Below are positions 59,501 through 64,000 of a stretch of DNA of 64,000 nt, in pieces. Numbering within the stretch: position 1 is the first letter of the stretch; the number at the start of each line of letters is the position of its first letter. The stretch comes from Amphiscolops sp. MND2022 (lineage: Eukaryota): contig OZ076411.1 of NCBI GenBank assembly GCA_964187785.1, positions 34,968,001-35,032,000 of the forward strand, read 5' to 3'. The position numbers and the translations under genes were made by a program. The notes under the pieces are model-generated. The model saw only the letters and a list, made by a program, of their open reading frames with translations, had not been told where the DNA came from and searched no databases.

Positions 59501-60200
59501 TGTTTAGTAAGCCAATCGTTTATGGAGGAGAGGAGTATACCTTGGTTAAAAAACTACTTTTCCCTTCTTGTAGTGTGTCCCACTGGTAGGAATGATGACG
59601 AAACAGAGGATAAGACGGCATCTGTAACGGTGAAAGGAAAAACTAATCTCTGTCTGGGGAATACCCTCATGATGTGGATATAAAGTCTGGCTGACCTGTA
59701 CTTGGGCTACATAGTCACAGGCGTACAGGTTCACGTCCTCCTGTGAGCTCCCACTGGAAGCGAATAAGGTAGAATGAGTGCTAAAGATTTCAGTATTGGC
59801 TACATCGGCTAGTTCTTCCGTCTGTCTTACGGTTTCTTGTTGAGTTTTGTTTGTTGAAGTCACGACTGTTTCTTTCCCTGAAACGAAAAGGAATAAAATA
59901 ACGCGGAACACTTCCATTTTGCCGCGTTAGAGAGCTTCCTTAAGCCAAAATTGAAATTTTTCCACGTGTTCGAAACGTGTTTCATGGAGGGAGTCATTGA
60001 GTAGAAAAACCCTGATCAAGGTTTGACTACACAACATGGAAATGTCAAAAGAGAAACTCACTTGATTCCGGATGTAGTAGCGAACATATGAAGTAAAGGC
60101 TGTTGGTTCTCCCAGAAGATTAAGCTCAGATGTCTCTGAGCAGACAAAAAACAAGTCTACCCAAGCAAGTAGAATACAGTAAGGGAATTGGAAAGATTAA
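56600..60200 (-). mobile_element. Unclassified coding repeat (family Y), copy 2, degenerate
   Basis: ORF remnants 58597..59307, 57708..57890, 57319..57624 and 56590..56922; several align with 16660-19330. The 3' end runs into an X-type terminus. Confidence 0.65.
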
Positions 60201-61079
60201 ATGAAGGCTCAGGATTGCTCTAAGCAAAGGACAAAAGTTGAAGTCAAATGAACCGATGAGAAGACTGCTTTATGGTGTATGAATGAAGAGTTATTGGCAA
60301 ATTACTGAAATACTAAACTAAATAGTAAATGGGGCAACAAAGGACGATAATACTAAATAAAGAGATAAATGGATATTTCGAAATAGTACGAGGTACAAAT
60401 AACAAGCAGCAGCGCAAGCAATTCAAGTCAACTGAACAATAGAGCAAAGGCAATAAGCAAGCGAATAAATGAACAAGTTAATATAACAAAGGCGAAACGT
60501 GAACAAATTAGAATGGTTGACTGGAGTTTGTGGCAGTGAGACAAATAAATGTACATGTATACTGTTGGAAGTAAGTGCGCTTATTCTGCCAGCTGAGTGC
60601 ACTTCAATTTGTCCGTCCAATGTCTATTTGGACACAGTCAGACAAAGAAATTTAGAGAAGGAATATTAGCTAGTATGAGAGAAATAATTGAAATTATTTC
60701 GACATAAAAAATAAATTTAGCTTAGGTTGAAAAGTGAAAAAAAAAATTTATCAAAACCACGTGATTGGTTGAAAGTAGTGGCTGCTCAACCTGAAAACAA
60801 ACTTTTAATTACCCACTTGAGATTCGGTAGATGAGTGAAAATGAGTAGTAAACAACTATAAAGGTAGTTGAAGAGGGTTGAGGTGTTGTTGTGAAGCTCT
60901 TGAGTTAGGGTAGAAGAAGCGTTTGAAATTCCATTCACAAGAGGCATGCTGGAAAGGGAAACTTTTGCCGCTCCGATAACCTCAAAGACAAAGCAAATGA
61001 GGGAAGTTAGCCACGGAAAACCAAAAATAAGACAGTCCCCGTAATAAAGGAACACCTCTGAGATCAATCATTCGAAAAG

Positions 61080-62580
61080 TGAAGAAGTTACATTTCAGTT
61101 ACTGCTTGTATCAAAATTGCGAAGAAATTCTAAAAGAAATTGCGAAATATTCCTAAAGAATCCTCAATTTCATCTTGAAACTGAGCAAGACCCAATCTAC
61201 TCTGAGCTAATTCTGATCTCCAGCGACGAGGAAGAAACGTTCAGCGACAGTGTTTCGATACTCAGAATTCAAAGGAAATATGATGGACATGGAAGCGCAA
61301 TTGCTGTGGCTGTCAGAGGCGAACAAATGACAGTATAATACCCAGATGATGATACCTCTGTCTCTTTACACTGTGTGGGTCCATACTCGGGATATAAACC
61401 ACCTGGAACGAGTGGACAAGGGCAACAAACCGCAAAGGGAAGCACTCTATGGGATCAACACCCTATGGCTGAGTGTTGTAACTTGATACTTTTTGTGGAC
61501 GCTAACTTGTCTCCCCCTGCTCACGAGAGAGATTTCATGGTCACTCCTCTAAATGAACAGTCCAAGTCTTGCTGCCAACCACAGTTGGTGTCAGTGGGTG
61601 TACAAACGATGCCCACACTAGGAGACGAGCCATCATCAACTCCGTCAATTCCTCACCCAACTCCGATCAGGATGAGAAACTATGCATATTTCCCTTCTGG
61701 ACAGCAACTGCAGGTGCCCAGTGGATCTTCGACAGGATATTTAACAGACTGCATGATATGTGGTGAGCTGTTTGAGCAAATATTTGATTGAATTGACATT
61801 GAAGCAAGAAGGAGGGCATTTTTTGAAGGTATGCGTGCAGTAACTTATTACCTCGTTCCCCGGGGAATGTTCCAGGCGGCAGCATGTGATGGCAACGTGT
61901 ATGCAATCCCTCAAGGAGCAGTAGTGACGAACACCACCCCTACCAATCTGCCCCTTCTCTGAATAAGGAGAAGGTTCCAACAAACTAGAAAACTTTGAAA
62001 TATTAATGTCATGTAAAACAATCATAATGCCATATGTTATCTCATTGAGACTGTAAATGCACCTAAAATTAGCTGGAACAACTCATACGTGATGGCATCT
62101 AGAATGTTCTTAAGACATTAATGGACAAAAAAGCTACCATACCGACCTGTGCAGTTTGTATAAATTTACATCGTTGTTCATGTGGGCATGGAACCAATAC
62201 TGGAAACACGTCCTTGAGCATGAGGTGCTAAGGTATTCCTAAGCATTGAATTGATAAGATGAGCGTCATGTCGCTATTTAAAGCTCAATCTGAAATAGCT
62301 CTCTGAAGGCGACTTCGACGTCATTGGTTAGTCAAGCTCGCCCTACTTTGATGGGGCTATAATTACAATTTGATCATGTAGATGTCACATAAATGTACTA
62401 TTTTAGTCAATGATGTGACTTAAAATTGAAAGTCATGCAAAGTAAAGTATATATACAATGTTCTCCGAATAGGAGACAACAATCGCGAAACTTACAATCA
62501 ACGTAACCATGAAGTGAAACTTGTAAAATTACACCTTTTTAACAATTGAACGCTTGTAAAATCTGGATTGAGAAATTCAA
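61080..62580 (+). mobile_element. Family X copy with ORF remnant
   Basis: ORF 61375..61791 ends TDCMICGELFEQIFD; the downstream 700 bp matches 55620-56346; ends GATTGAGAAATTCAA. The 5' limit may be ~60750. Confidence 0.65.
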
Positions 62581-62607
62581 CCTACCAAGATACCACGTTT
62601 TTCTGAG

Positions 62608-63050
62608 ATGCCTTCAACGAGAAGCAAGAAAGCTAAAGCAAGGAGGTCAAGAGAAGCAGACATAATGTCGGACATAGAGAATATGGACGTTATGCTGGGT
62701 AGTAGTGAGTACAATCAGAAAGAGAGAGATATTGACCAAATGACAGGCTTTTCTAACATGTTAAAGAGAGGTTATATTGAGGAACGACACTCAATGAGAG
62801 GTAATTCCTCACAGGATATTGAAATCAGAAAAAAGTCTGAAAGTAGGAAAAATCCTAGCCTAACAAGAGACTTGGACATGTTGTCAGGTGAGATAAACTA
62901 AAGGAACTCTCAAGAAATAAATACTCTTTTAAATGGGATGAATTCCCAAATAGAGAACGCAATAAGTTCCGCAATATCCGAAAGAATCATCCCCCAGATG
63001 CAGGGAGTTGTAGAGGCTATATTAAACAGGCAGGGGACCTCAAAATATGA
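62608..63050 (+). pseudogene. Gag-like ORF stub, copy 3
   Basis: MPSTRSKKAKARRSREADIMSDIENMDVMLG. Confidence 0.6.
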
Positions 63051-63059
63051 AAAGGGATG

Positions 63060-64000
63060 AACGTAATGTGGATGAAAACTATTTACAAAATAGGAACTCC
63101 AGTAACTAAATGGAACCTGAGGACGGTAGTCCTTACATTCGGCTCTTTAGTCAGCGCGTTTATTGATAAAAGAGCCCGACTATTACAGTCACGCGTTTTT
63201 TTTCTTTTTTTTAGGACAGACTCGAAGCGACGAACGTTAAAATTAACGTTCGACTTCTAATTACAGTGCTACTAAAATACTGGCATCGCATTTAAGATAG
63301 TGCAAAGGGTCCCCCTTTCAGTTAGTCCATTTTTATCGTAAGATACAAAACTGGACGAGACTATAGGGTCCCCCCTTCGAGTTTTTTTCGGCATTGTGCG
63401 ACTTTTTTCGAATGTTTTTGTCTCGAAAGGGCGAAAGGGTCACCTTTCAAGTCTTTTGATATTTTACAGCAAACTGAACTTTCAAAAAGCCCAAAGGGTC
63501 TCCCTTTTTAAGTTTTTCAGCACTATGAGACTTGCTAAAAATTCTTATTTTTCGTTTTTTTCTCGAAACTTTTTTTAATGTCTCGAAAGGGTCTCCCTTC
63601 AATTTTTAAAACGTTTTGTAACATAAAAGATATTAAACAATCCCATAGGGCCCCCTCTTTTAGATTTTTCGGCACTTTGAGACGGTTCAAAATTGTCATT
63701 TTTCGTCTGAAATTAGGTTTTCTCAGGATAGATTTACTAATAATTTTTTCAAAAACTATCTGAAACTTGGACGTATTATCCTGAGTAAAACGCTATATCC
63801 GAATTTTTGACGTTATATCCGAATTATACTTCGTTTTACCAAGGAGGAGGCGGAGGCTGAAAAAGCGCTCCCATTTGGGCCAGCACGCTCGATCCGAAGT
63901 TTGAGACGTTACACTCCGCAACAAATTGGATTTAAAAAAACCCAAAGGGTCCCCCTTTTATAATTTCAAAAAGTTTTAGCTTTTTGAGCCTTAGATATGG
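63060..64000 (+). repeat. Family Z repeat with an array of AAAGGGTCCCCCTTT-type motifs
   Basis: Motif at ~63305, 63365, 63495, 63588, 63647 and 63946, each followed by T-rich TTTTCGGCA.T.TG.GAC. Confidence 0.75.

Overview
AT-rich eukaryotic (animal) genomic DNA with short GT-AG introns, mostly made of repeats, with one 200-N scaffold gap (42939-43138). The repeat families resemble ones I associate with acoel flatworms; that is an impression, not a search result. Layout: (1) ~0.6-10.2 kb, a repeat-flanked cluster of chromatin genes: a spliced zinc-finger/JmjC (KDM2/KDM7-type) gene with lesions, an intact 446-aa orphan with a Tudor-like N-terminus, and a doubly frameshifted ORF joining a degenerate tyrosine-recombinase-like domain to a PR-Set7/SETD8-type SET domain. 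This is the best candidate for an undescribed mobile writer/eraser/reader cassette. (2) 11-16.7 kb, decayed CR1/L2-type LINEs, a MITE and a CRE-type fragment. (3) 19.4-44.4 kb, a ~25-kb minus-strand Ty3/Gypsy element with gag, PR-RT-RH-INT, extra ORFs and a putative class III (gB/chuvirus-like) fusion env; RH-INT is triplicated and env duplicated. (4) 49.5-52.8 kb, a spliced class A peptide GPCR gene. (5) Several unclassified coding and non-coding repeat families (16.7-19.3, 45.8-49.2, 55-64 kb). All domain calls come from motifs recognised by eye; no searches were run, and repeat boundaries are approximate.
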